50,449 nt of DNA from a virus (taxonomy: Duplodnaviria; Caudoviricetes), in the IMG/VR virus record IMGVR_UViG_3300020042_008421, positions 1 to 50,449 of that record. One strand, given 5' to 3'. A program made the translations under genes and the position numbers. Below the pieces are notes generated by a model. The model did not search any database. It was not told the DNA's origin and saw nothing but the letters and a program-made list of their open reading frames with translations. Within the stretch, counting starts at the first letter, position 1; each line of letters opens with the position of its first letter. Of this stretch, positions 1 to 7,988 are shown piece after piece.

Positions 1-97
1 GTTCCATGATTAATCTATTTTTTGCAGTTGTTTCATTACGTTTTGCAACTCGCTTGTTATGGGCTTTTTCCCCACCTCGTTTTTTAGATGTTGGCAT
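1..97 (-). CDS. Hypothetical protein, 5' part only (runs off the window edge)
   Basis: Manual translation from ATG at 97: MPTSKKRGGEKAHNKRVAKRNETTAKNRLIME..., open to position 1. Overlaps the queC 3' end. Confidence 0.6.
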   Translation of the reverse strand, partial: MPTSKKRGGEKAHNKRVAKRNETTAKNRLIME

Positions 98-932
98 TAT
101 TGTGATTATTTAAAATTGTTTTTACATGTTCTACTACTGTTTCCCAACTTACTGGGCCTGTTTCATCAGCATATTCAACTGGGTCAGGTCTTCCAAGTTT
201 AATAAATGCTTCAACTCGTTCTACTGATGATGCTGATTTGAAATCGCTATACCATTCAAGTTGATAGTAAATTGGTTTGTAAGATGTGTTAGTGAAAAAA
301 TACACTGTATCAAAATCAAGACCTAAACACTCACAGCAACTCTCCCCGTCTACTAAGATAGAGTATTTATCTCCATTTAAATATGGAGTATAATGATATA
401 CTTTTTCAGCACCCCAATTACCTGCTTTAAATGCCTCAAAATCAGCATCTCTAAATTCTTGACGACAATCAGGATAAATAGCATGATCACCTGCATGTAT
501 TCCCATTGCAATAGCACAGTCAGTATCTTTTTGTTCAGCAATTGATAATGCAACTGCTTGAATAATAGAACTAAAAATCTTATTACGATTAGGAACTACT
601 GTTGCTTTCATATTCTCTTCAGCATAGTGTCCTTCAGGCACTTCATCACCTCCAGTTACTAATGCTGAGTTTAATAATTCTGATAAACCAGCTAATTTAA
701 TTCTTTGATGTTTTACATAATATGGGTATTCCATTGTTTTAGACTCTTCATCTATAATACAAAACCCATTAATATATCTAACTAAACTTTGAGCACGCTC
801 TAATTCTACATTATGCTTTTGCCCATAATCAAATGATAATGCTGTAACTTCATAGCCATTGGCGAGTAAATGAAGCAATAGTGTGGAACTATCCATTCCT
901 CCACTTAATGATAATACTGCTTGTTTCTTCAT
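84..932 (-). CDS. queC: 7-cyano-7-deazaguanine (preQ0) synthase QueC
   Basis: PP-loop SLSGGMDSS plus the QueC motifs FDYGQKH, VVPNRN and YPDCR. Confidence 0.93.
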   Translation of the reverse strand: MKKQAVLSLSGGMDSSTLLLHLLANGYEVTALSFDYGQKHNVELERAQSLVRYINGFCIIDEESKTMEYPYYVKHQRIKLAGLSELLNSALVTGGDEVPEGHYAEENMKATVVPNRNKIFSSIIQAVALSIAEQKDTDCAIAMGIHAGDHAIYPDCRQEFRDADFEAFKAGNWGAEKVYHYTPYLNGDKYSILVDGESCCECLGLDFDTVYFFTNTSYKPIYYQLEWYSDFKSASSVERVEAFIKLGRPDPVEYADETGPVSWETVVEHVKTILNNHNNANI

Positions 933-1081
933 AATTTATTTGCTATTTGTAATATAATATCTGTATCCTCATTTGACAAACTAAGACGACTTTTCTTTAA
1001 CTTTTTGATAGCCTCAGTCCATTCTTGTTCATACAAATTTCCTTGTGTAGGAGAAATACCTCCAAACCATGTTTCTTCCAT
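929..1081 (-). CDS. Small hypothetical protein (50 aa, absent from ORF track)
   Basis: MEETWFGGISPTQGNLYEQEWTEAIKKLKKSRLSLSNEDTDIILQIANKL*. Fills the gap exactly, with an ATGA overlap onto the queC start. Confidence 0.7.
   Translation of the reverse strand: MEETWFGGISPTQGNLYEQEWTEAIKKLKKSRLSLSNEDTDIILQIANKL
951..979 (-). promoter_or_regulatory. Putative early/middle promoter for queC
   Basis: TTGTC-N18-TATATT, the same spacing as four other copies. Confidence 0.55.
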
Positions 1082-1086
1082 AACTC

Positions 1087-1893
1087 TTATTTTATAATTT
1101 TATTTAAATTATTAATTTTTCTAAATTTATTGACATTGTAATGTAAAGCATACCAATTAATATCCTCAGAGGTACGATTCATAACATGATCAATTTTAGT
1201 AATTGGTTTCTCATCTAAACCATATTCTTTATACATTTTATCTTCCATTGCAGCCATAATTGGATTTGAAGTATCTATACTTTCAATGAATGGGTAATTC
1301 TGGTGGAATAAAAATTCTTGAGGGGCGGCACATCCAAGTAAGTGAACTCTATCACTAGATTGAATAACATCGCTATTATACAACTTACCTATAACGTTTA
1401 CTCGACCCATAGCAGTAGAAATTGCTGGTAATATATGAGTAAAATGATCTTTGTAATATCCAGCACCATATGAAAATGCTATTTTCTTATAACCTAATGA
1501 TTTATATTTTAAATAACATTCAGCTGCTTCTTCAATATTAGTTGCTTGTACTACTGCTACTTTAGTAGTATAGTAAGGTAATTTAATTTTAGCCCATTCT
1601 GCTGCATTGTCAATAGATGCTTGCATATCTTGCCATACATCAGGTACAATAAATTCATTTGGTTCAAAATAATTAACCCAATGTAATAGACGTTCTGTTT
1701 CATAAGCATGACCTAGTTCATGTAAACTATTATCCATGATAATGTAACGACCATCTTTCTTTGCTTGGTCAAAATACTTAAAATATTCATACTCACTATC
1801 TAGTAAGTGAGGCAAACAATAATCATAATCATTGAATGCTTGTGATGCGTTTAGTACTGCTAATGGTACTTCATGTGAGACTTTTATTTTCAT
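1087..1893 (-). CDS. TGT/DpdA-like deazaguanine transglycosylase-family protein
   Basis: Ordered TGT-fold motifs IMDNS, VPDV, VVQ, HLLG and SIDTS; two genes upstream of queC. Confidence 0.65.
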   Translation of the reverse strand: MKIKVSHEVPLAVLNASQAFNDYDYCLPHLLDSEYEYFKYFDQAKKDGRYIIMDNSLHELGHAYETERLLHWVNYFEPNEFIVPDVWQDMQASIDNAAEWAKIKLPYYTTKVAVVQATNIEEAAECYLKYKSLGYKKIAFSYGAGYYKDHFTHILPAISTAMGRVNVIGKLYNSDVIQSSDRVHLLGCAAPQEFLFHQNYPFIESIDTSNPIMAAMEDKMYKEYGLDEKPITKIDHVMNRTSEDINWYALHYNVNKFRKINNLNKIIK

Positions 1894-1902
1894 AACTTAT
1901 TT

Positions 1903-1931
1903 AATATAAATATATTTCTTTTTATTGCCAA
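1903..1931 (-). promoter_or_regulatory. Putative early/middle promoter overlapping a late-type motif
   Basis: TTGGC-N18-TATATT, with ATATTTATA (1905-1913) overlapping the downstream box. Confidence 0.65.
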
Positions 1932-1941
1932 ACTACCTTTC

Positions 1942-2463
1942 TTAATAAGGAAGATTATTTTCTGGTCTATTCTTTAGCCATGTTTTATATTGGTTGATTA
2001 GCTCTTCAGTAGTACCTTCTGCATGTTCATAAATGAATGTATGTACTTGTTCTGTAGTACCACCAATCCAATGTTTTAGACTGTATTTTAGACTACTCAT
2101 ACGTTCTTTTTCATCACGTTCAAAATCTTTTCTTAGATTTTCAATACGTCTATTATACATTTTGATAGCATTACGTTCATGTTCTTGTTTTACTTCAAAA
2201 CCTTTATCACTGTTACGTATTTCTGCTATTTCTTCTGCCATCCACCAATACTCATAATTGATATACTTAGCATAAGGTGAATATTCAAAGTCACCATTTT
2301 TCATTTTCTCATCAATACGAGCTTTAGCTCCTAATGGTTTATGAATTTGGTATCGTCTATGCCAATAAAATACATTAAACTTAGCTAGTTTAGCTGGTTT
2401 AGGTGGTGCTTCAATCCCAAATATAGGATTAAATTCTTTCAAAACTTGTTCTACTGTAACCAT
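1942..2463 (-). CDS. Hypothetical protein
   Basis: 173 aa ORF, TAATG-coupled to the upstream gene; no recognised motif. Confidence 0.8.
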   Translation of the reverse strand: MVTVEQVLKEFNPIFGIEAPPKPAKLAKFNVFYWHRRYQIHKPLGAKARIDEKMKNGDFEYSPYAKYINYEYWWMAEEIAEIRNSDKGFEVKQEHERNAIKMYNRRIENLRKDFERDEKERMSSLKYSLKHWIGGTTEQVHTFIYEHAEGTTEELINQYKTWLKNRPENNLPY

Positions 2464-2756
2464 TATTTTTCTGTTAATTCGCCTGCAAATACTTCTTCTA
2501 ATAATTCCTCAATGTCAGGTAAGTCAGTTAACTCTCTAAAACGCTCAGCATCAAAACTAGGTTCTAATAATTGACCTTGGTATTGAACTGTTCTAGCATT
2601 AGTTACTTCTTCTAAAGTAACACCAATACCATGAGGATATTGATTAGCTGTCCTAATTGTGTAATACTTTCCTTTGATAGGACGGTTAGGTACAGTTTCT
2701 ATTGTCTTTTGTTTCCATGTATCATTGATACATTCTACTAGTGCTCCTACTTTCAT
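2463..2756 (-). CDS. Hypothetical protein
   Basis: 97 aa ORF directly downstream of a promoter motif. Confidence 0.8.
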   Translation of the reverse strand: MKVGALVECINDTWKQKTIETVPNRPIKGKYYTIRTANQYPHGIGVTLEEVTNARTVQYQGQLLEPSFDAERFRELTDLPDIEELLEEVFAGELTEK

Positions 2757-2762
2757 ATCTTA

Positions 2763-2791
2763 AATATAACAAAGAATGGCCCGAAGGCCAA
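2763..2791 (-). promoter_or_regulatory. Putative early/middle promoter
   Basis: TTGGC-N18-TATATT ending 6 nt before the ATG at 2756. Confidence 0.65.
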
Positions 2792-2796
2792 ACTTT
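2771..2796 (-). terminator. Putative intrinsic terminator with UUCG tetraloop
   Basis: Minus strand reads AAAGTT-TGGCC-TTCG-GGCCA-TTCTTT. Confidence 0.65.
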
Positions 2797-2817
2797 TGTT
2801 TATATCTGGGGGCGTGT

Positions 2818-3030
2818 TTACTTGCCTTCGTTTACCGGACTTTCATCGTCTGGGTAAATTATATCCATCACAGCATTTACATCAACATTTACTCCTAATT
2901 GTTACATAGCTTTTAAAGTATCCATGATACCGTTTTGATATGCTGAAGGAGTTTGTTCTTTACCTGGGTAGTTAAATCCGAGTTCGTTTATCTCTTCTTT
3001 GATGATTTGTTTAAGTTGCGATAGTTTCAT
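2818..3030 (-). pseudogene. Third shared-leader gene, interrupted by an in-frame TAA
   Basis: MKLSQLKQIIKEEINELGFNYPGKEQTPSAYQNGIMDTLKAM*QLGVNVDVNAVMDIIYPDDESPVNEGK*. The internal TAA is at 2902-2904. Confidence 0.6.
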
Positions 3031-3031
3031 A

Positions 3032-3382
3032 TTAGTCTTTTGTGTATCGGTTAATTAAATCTCCTAAGGTTACATATGAGCTGCCCCCACCATATCCTCG
3101 AGCTTCTGACATAGCTCTTAACAACATTTTTGCTTCTGGTGAAGCTTCCATTTGCTTAACTATGTTCTTAAGTTCAGCTTCATATGCTAATATTTTTGGA
3201 GCCATTTCTACAGCTAGGTCAATTACTTTTTGACCATATCTCTTAACCATATCATCATCATACTGAGTCTTTACACCAGCATACCCATATAAATCAGCTA
3301 CTTTAGATTCTATATTACCAGCTTCATTTAAAGAATCTTTAATTTCTTCTTTGATGATTTGTTTAAGTTGTGATAGTTTCAT
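3032..3382 (-). CDS. Shared-leader protein (116 aa), candidate internal head protein
   Basis: Likely start is the ATG at 3382 (MKLSQLKQIIKEEIKDSLNEA...), 1 nt after the upstream stop. Confidence 0.8.
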   Translation of the reverse strand: MKLSQLKQIIKEEIKDSLNEAGNIESKVADLYGYAGVKTQYDDDMVKRYGQKVIDLAVEMAPKILAYEAELKNIVKQMEASPEAKMLLRAMSEARGYGGGSSYVTLGDLINRYTKD

Positions 3383-3383
3383 A

Positions 3384-3881
3384 TTACATTTTAAATTTCG
3401 CAACAACATCTGCTAGCTTGTTATAATCCTTAGCTACATAATCCAGTTCCATTTCAGGGACACTATACATAAGACTTGATAAAGCTTCATTAACATCCGT
3501 TAGAGCTTTTGCAAGATTTTTATTCTTAAGCATTTCAGCGCTATCATCATCATCACATATAGTAAAAATTGTATCCGATTCTTTACCTAAGAGGTCTATT
3601 GCCTTCGGGCTATTTGCTTTATATAGTTCAGAGAACTTCTTTAAGAATTTTGCGATGTACTCAATCTCTTTGACTTTTTTATAGCCTGATATTGTTGAAC
3701 CTTCATAGCCTTCATACTCATCCAAATCCAATGTAGCTGTTGTGAGTGGAGTTGTTACAAGTTGAAGTATTTGGCCAAATTTGTTAAAGTCTAAATCTTT
3801 TAAAGTAGGTGATTTAGGTGCTTCTTTTAAAGAATTTTGAATTTCTTCTTTGATGATTTGTTTAAGTTGAGATAGTTTCAT
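3384..3881 (-). CDS. Shared-leader protein (165 aa), candidate internal head protein
   Basis: Starts MKLSQLKQIIKEEIQNSLKEA; preceded by the late-type motif. Confidence 0.82.
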   Translation of the reverse strand: MKLSQLKQIIKEEIQNSLKEAPKSPTLKDLDFNKFGQILQLVTTPLTTATLDLDEYEGYEGSTISGYKKVKEIEYIAKFLKKFSELYKANSPKAIDLLGKESDTIFTICDDDDSAEMLKNKNLAKALTDVNEALSSLMYSVPEMELDYVAKDYNKLADVVAKFKM

Positions 3882-3901
3882 TTTTATTAAGAATGGTTTA
3901 T

Positions 3902-3910
3902 TATAAATAT
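3902..3910 (-). promoter_or_regulatory. Putative late promoter motif ATATTTATA
   Basis: Exact copy 20 nt upstream of the shared-leader cassette. Confidence 0.65.
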
Positions 3911-3911
3911 A

Positions 3912-5636
3912 TTATCCTTCACAACTGATGCATTCTGATAAACGCTGTAAATTATCTCCTCTTAGTACTGACTCAGTACGTAAGTAGTATAATGTTTTAA
4001 TACCTAACTTATGAGCCTCTTTATGTACTTGACTAATCCACTTTGGAGTATCATTTGGATCAAAACACAAGTTTAATGAGATAGCTTGGTCTACATATTC
4101 TTGTCTAACACCATTTTGTCTTACAATTTCTAATTGATTGATTTCTTTAAATGTTAAGAATACTTCCTTTTCTTCATCTGTTAAGATATAAGACGGAACA
4201 TTAATAACTGAGCCTTGGTCTTTTAGAATTTGTTCCCAAACACTATCAATGTTATATCCTTTAGTTTCAAGTAATTCCTCTAATATTTTATTACGCTTAA
4301 TGAATACACCTTTTGCTGTTTTTAAATTATAAACGTTAGCAGGAATAGGTTCAATTGAAGGTGATACACCTCCTGAAATGTGAGCATTTGATACTGTAGG
4401 TGCGATTGCTAAGTGATGAGTATGTCTCATACCTGTACCCTTACACCATTCTGGCTCACCATATAATTCTGCTTGTTCACGAGATGCTTTTAAAGCGCCT
4501 TTCTCAATAAAGTCAGATATCATTCTTGTATGAGCAGTTGCTTGAATACCTACAAATGGTAAATTCTTTGATTGTAAAAATGTATGCCATCCTAAAACAC
4601 CAATTCCAATTGCTCTACCTTTAGTAGCAGAACGAACTGTGTTTTCCATAAACTTAACATTTTTAGCTCTATCAATAAATTCTTGTAACACACCTTCTAA
4701 GAACCAGCAAGTTAACTCAGGTAATGTCATTCCATTTTCAAATGTAAAATCTTTCCATTCATCCCAACGAGCTAAGTTTAAAGATGATAGACAACAAATA
4801 AATGAGTGTAATTCGTCTGTGTATAATGAAATTTCAGAGCAAATATTAGTCATTGATACTTGTAAGTTGTTCTTAGTATAAGCTAATGGATTGTCATTAT
4901 TAACATTATCTTCAAACATGATATAAGGTTCACCTGTTTCAAGACGTGTTTTTAAAATTTCACCCCACAACTTCATTGCTCTAGGCTCCTTATTGTCTAG
5001 GTCAGTCATAAACTGATCATCAATAACAATACATTGATGTAAATTCAAACATTGACGATTAACATCACCTTTTGGTCTACGGATTTGTAAAAATTCTTCA
5101 ACATCAGGGTGAGTAATATGTAAATTAACTGATGCTGCTCCTCTACGAACTGATCCTTGGTTAGTAGCTAAAATAGTTGAATCATAAATTTTAGCCCATG
5201 GAACAATACCTTCAGATACACCATTGTCTTTAATTGATTTACCTCGGCCTCTAATGCGAGATAAACCAATACCTACACCACCACCTTGAGATGATAATCT
5301 CATTAACTCAGAGTTAGCATCTGCAATGCCTTCGATACTATCTCCAACGTCAATACCAAAACATGAAATTGGCATTCCACGTTCTGTACCTAAGTTTGAT
5401 AATACAGGTGATGCTAAACATAACCAATTCTTAACTATTGCCTCATAAAAGAATGGTTGTAAATCTTTACGTTTCAATCTGCGAGCAGCTGATTTAGTTA
5501 CTCTCTTATATGCGTCAAACACATCTTCATCAGGTAATAAATAACCTTTTGAAATCATACTAACTGCAATTTCATCCATCCAACTAGGATAATTTTTTCC
5601 TTTAATCCACCCTTCTGTGTCTACTTGTATACTCAT
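3912..5636 (-). CDS. nrdA: Class I ribonucleotide reductase alpha subunit
   Basis: ISCF, GGGVG, TNICSEI (catalytic N-x-C-x-E), IAPT, DQAIS, KTLYY and a C-terminal CISC. Confidence 0.95.
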   Translation of the reverse strand: MSIQVDTEGWIKGKNYPSWMDEIAVSMISKGYLLPDEDVFDAYKRVTKSAARRLKRKDLQPFFYEAIVKNWLCLASPVLSNLGTERGMPISCFGIDVGDSIEGIADANSELMRLSSQGGGVGIGLSRIRGRGKSIKDNGVSEGIVPWAKIYDSTILATNQGSVRRGAASVNLHITHPDVEEFLQIRRPKGDVNRQCLNLHQCIVIDDQFMTDLDNKEPRAMKLWGEILKTRLETGEPYIMFEDNVNNDNPLAYTKNNLQVSMTNICSEISLYTDELHSFICCLSSLNLARWDEWKDFTFENGMTLPELTCWFLEGVLQEFIDRAKNVKFMENTVRSATKGRAIGIGVLGWHTFLQSKNLPFVGIQATAHTRMISDFIEKGALKASREQAELYGEPEWCKGTGMRHTHHLAIAPTVSNAHISGGVSPSIEPIPANVYNLKTAKGVFIKRNKILEELLETKGYNIDSVWEQILKDQGSVINVPSYILTDEEKEVFLTFKEINQLEIVRQNGVRQEYVDQAISLNLCFDPNDTPKWISQVHKEAHKLGIKTLYYLRTESVLRGDNLQRLSECISCEG

Positions 5637-5646
5637 TTTTTATTTT

Positions 5647-6597
5647 TTATAAATCGTCCCAATCTGCTGTTGATTTTGAATAACTTGTTACTCTTCCTGC
5701 GAAGAAATCTTGATGTGTTTTACCACTTGTTAAATGACCAAACCACTCAATTTGTTTTAATAAATTTGGGTCAATATCATTATAAATTGCTTTATAACCT
5801 AATTCTACCATTTTCTCATTAGCACGTGCTTTAATGAAGTTTTTTAGTTGATTAATATTTAATCCATCAACATCTCCCATTTCAAACGCCTTATCAATAA
5901 AATCAAATTCTAATTGTACTGATAAATGGCATGCTTCTATTACTGCGTTTCTTAAAGTGTCAGTATTTAATTCTGATTGTTCTTCAAGTAATGTTCTAAA
6001 CAACCAACATCCTGCTTTAGAATGTAATGATTCATCTCTAACACTCCATTCAACAATTTGACCTGTACCTTTCATTAAGTTTCTTAATTGGAAACTCATT
6101 AATATAGCAAATGAACTAAACAAATTTACTCCTTCAGTAAACGCTGAGAATATAGCTAGTGATAATGCTCTTTCCTCTAATGTCTCACCTGGTGTTTCAA
6201 TTAAACGTTCAATTTTTGCTTTTGATGTTTCATCTTCTAGAAACGCTTGAAAATCATCTAAACCTAATTCCTCGTTCAAACGAGCATATGCTTCAGCATG
6301 AATTGATTCAAAATCAGCAAACACACGAGCCATTGCTTGAATTTCAGGTTTTGGAAACCATATTGATACTTTTGTTGACCAATAATCGTTTACATGAACT
6401 TCTGTTTGAGCAAATGACTTTAATATGTTTCCAATTAAATTCTTTTCAGGTTCTGTTAATTTGCCTTTCCAGTCACCTAAATCTGATGCTAATGGCACTT
6501 CGTCTGCTAACCAATGCGAGCGATGTTGATCTTTATAAAAATCAAACGCCTGTTGGTACTCAAACGGCTTGTAAAAATTTCTTATTTCAGTAATCAT
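5647..6597 (-). CDS. nrdB: Class I ribonucleotide reductase beta subunit
   Basis: Ferritin-like dimetal motifs ESIHAEAY, EGVNLFSSF and RDESLH. Confidence 0.95.
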   Translation of the reverse strand: MITEIRNFYKPFEYQQAFDFYKDQHRSHWLADEVPLASDLGDWKGKLTEPEKNLIGNILKSFAQTEVHVNDYWSTKVSIWFPKPEIQAMARVFADFESIHAEAYARLNEELGLDDFQAFLEDETSKAKIERLIETPGETLEERALSLAIFSAFTEGVNLFSSFAILMSFQLRNLMKGTGQIVEWSVRDESLHSKAGCWLFRTLLEEQSELNTDTLRNAVIEACHLSVQLEFDFIDKAFEMGDVDGLNINQLKNFIKARANEKMVELGYKAIYNDIDPNLLKQIEWFGHLTSGKTHQDFFAGRVTSYSKSTADWDDL

Positions 6598-6614
6598 ATA
6601 ATTTTAATATAACA

Positions 6615-7979
6615 TCAAGATTGTAGTTCAAAAAATTTCTTTTGAAGAATGTCTCGATCTAGGCTATTTATTTCACTAAAACTGTTCACTGGTTTAGATG
6701 GTGTATATGATTCTTCATTTTCATCATAGTCGTTAAATATCTCAAAACGACCTGTTGATGTATCAATTTTGGCTCCAAATGTCATACCATCACCTCCATA
6801 TCTGTTTTTCATAAAGTGAAATCTACCTGTTCCCGCTACTTTGTCTTCTTTTTTACGAGAGAGAGAAATAGCCACATCTGTAATCATGATTTTATCATAG
6901 CTACCTGCGGCTTTATCACCCTCAATAACATCGTCTTTAGCTCCTGCTCTATTAACTTGAGATACACTCCAAATAGGTAACTTCAATTCACGAGCAAGAC
7001 CTTTAGTACTAAGATAAATATCATCAATTTCGTCTTTACGCTCACGATTGTTTCTTTTTGATCGAAGTAAGTCTACGTAATCAATAATAATCAAATCTGG
7101 TTTAAAGTCTAAGTCAATACACTTTTGAATATGTGATTCTATTGTTGAAATAGATGCCTTACCAGGTGAATATTCTTTAATAACTAAGTTACCTGGTAAC
7201 TCAAGTATTTCTTTTTCAACTTGGTCTTTAAAACCCATAATGTTATTTACAGGTATTCCTGTTAAACAAGCATCATATCGTCTCCCAACATAACTTTCAC
7301 CTAACTCTAAAGTATAGTGTATTACATTGAAACCTAATTGAACAGCATGTGCTCCTAAAGCAATTAATGTCCATGATTTACCTCCTCCTGGATTACCAAA
7401 TATCAATCCAAAATCACCTTCACCTAAACCACCCTGTAGTAGGTCATTAAATAAAGGCCAAGGTGTAGCAATCGGACTTCTGTCTTCTTCTCTGTATCGA
7501 GATTCAACATCTTTACTATATTCTAATCCTAAATTCTTATCACCACCAGCTTTTAAAGCGTTATCAACTAAGTTTCTAATTGAATCATAATCACCAGCAT
7601 TTAATAAATCTACTGATGTTAATAATGCTTTCTTTAATTGTTGGTTTTTACAGAAGTTAGAAAACTCTTCCTCTACATAAGCTAAATCATCGTCTGATGC
7701 TTTATATGCTTCTTTTAATTGTTCCTTAATTGATAATTGTAGAACTTCATTATCAATTTTCTTAACTTGTACTTTCAAGACTTCCATACTTGGTGTAGTA
7801 TGGTATTTGTCATAGTACTTTAAGATTTCACTTATGACCCATTTATGAGCTGAGTTATCGAAATACTCTTCGCTTATAATGTCATGTATGTTGACTAAAA
7901 ATTCCTTATGTGTTAATAAGGAAGATATCACTTTCGTCTGGAAATGTATTCCATACGAGGACAATGTACTTAACGTCAT
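6615..7979 (-). CDS. DnaB/T4 gp41-like replicative helicase
   Basis: Walker A GNPGGGKS, HYTLE, Walker B IIIDYVD, SQVNR and KNRYG. Confidence 0.92.
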   Translation of the reverse strand: MTLSTLSSYGIHFQTKVISSLLTHKEFLVNIHDIISEEYFDNSAHKWVISEILKYYDKYHTTPSMEVLKVQVKKIDNEVLQLSIKEQLKEAYKASDDDLAYVEEEFSNFCKNQQLKKALLTSVDLLNAGDYDSIRNLVDNALKAGGDKNLGLEYSKDVESRYREEDRSPIATPWPLFNDLLQGGLGEGDFGLIFGNPGGGKSWTLIALGAHAVQLGFNVIHYTLELGESYVGRRYDACLTGIPVNNIMGFKDQVEKEILELPGNLVIKEYSPGKASISTIESHIQKCIDLDFKPDLIIIDYVDLLRSKRNNRERKDEIDDIYLSTKGLARELKLPIWSVSQVNRAGAKDDVIEGDKAAGSYDKIMITDVAISLSRKKEDKVAGTGRFHFMKNRYGGDGMTFGAKIDTSTGRFEIFNDYDENEESYTPSKPVNSFSEINSLDRDILQKKFFELQS

Positions 7980-7988
7980 AACTTTTAT

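Larger units (their letters stand above)
2991..3881 (-). repeat. Three ~40 bp direct repeats encoding MKLSQLKQIIKEEI
   Basis: ATGAAACTATCNCAACTTAAACAAATCATCAAAGAAGA starts at 3881, 3382 and 3030. Confidence 0.95.

Noticed and set aside
2902-2904. Stop-codon reassignment (alternative genetic code)
   Set aside because: Only one internal stop was found. TAA is the main terminator elsewhere and long genes are intact under the standard code.
3383-3409. ORF-track N-terminal extensions (3409; also 9050 and 22195)
   Set aside because: They overlap upstream genes. Downstream ATGs at 3382, 9035 and 22159 fit the leader repeat, gene spacing and promoter motifs better.
2991-3881. The ~40 bp direct repeats as a CRISPR array or att sites
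   Set aside because: The spacing is 350-500 bp, the repeats are in-frame gene starts varying at a synonymous position, and no cas or integrase gene is present.
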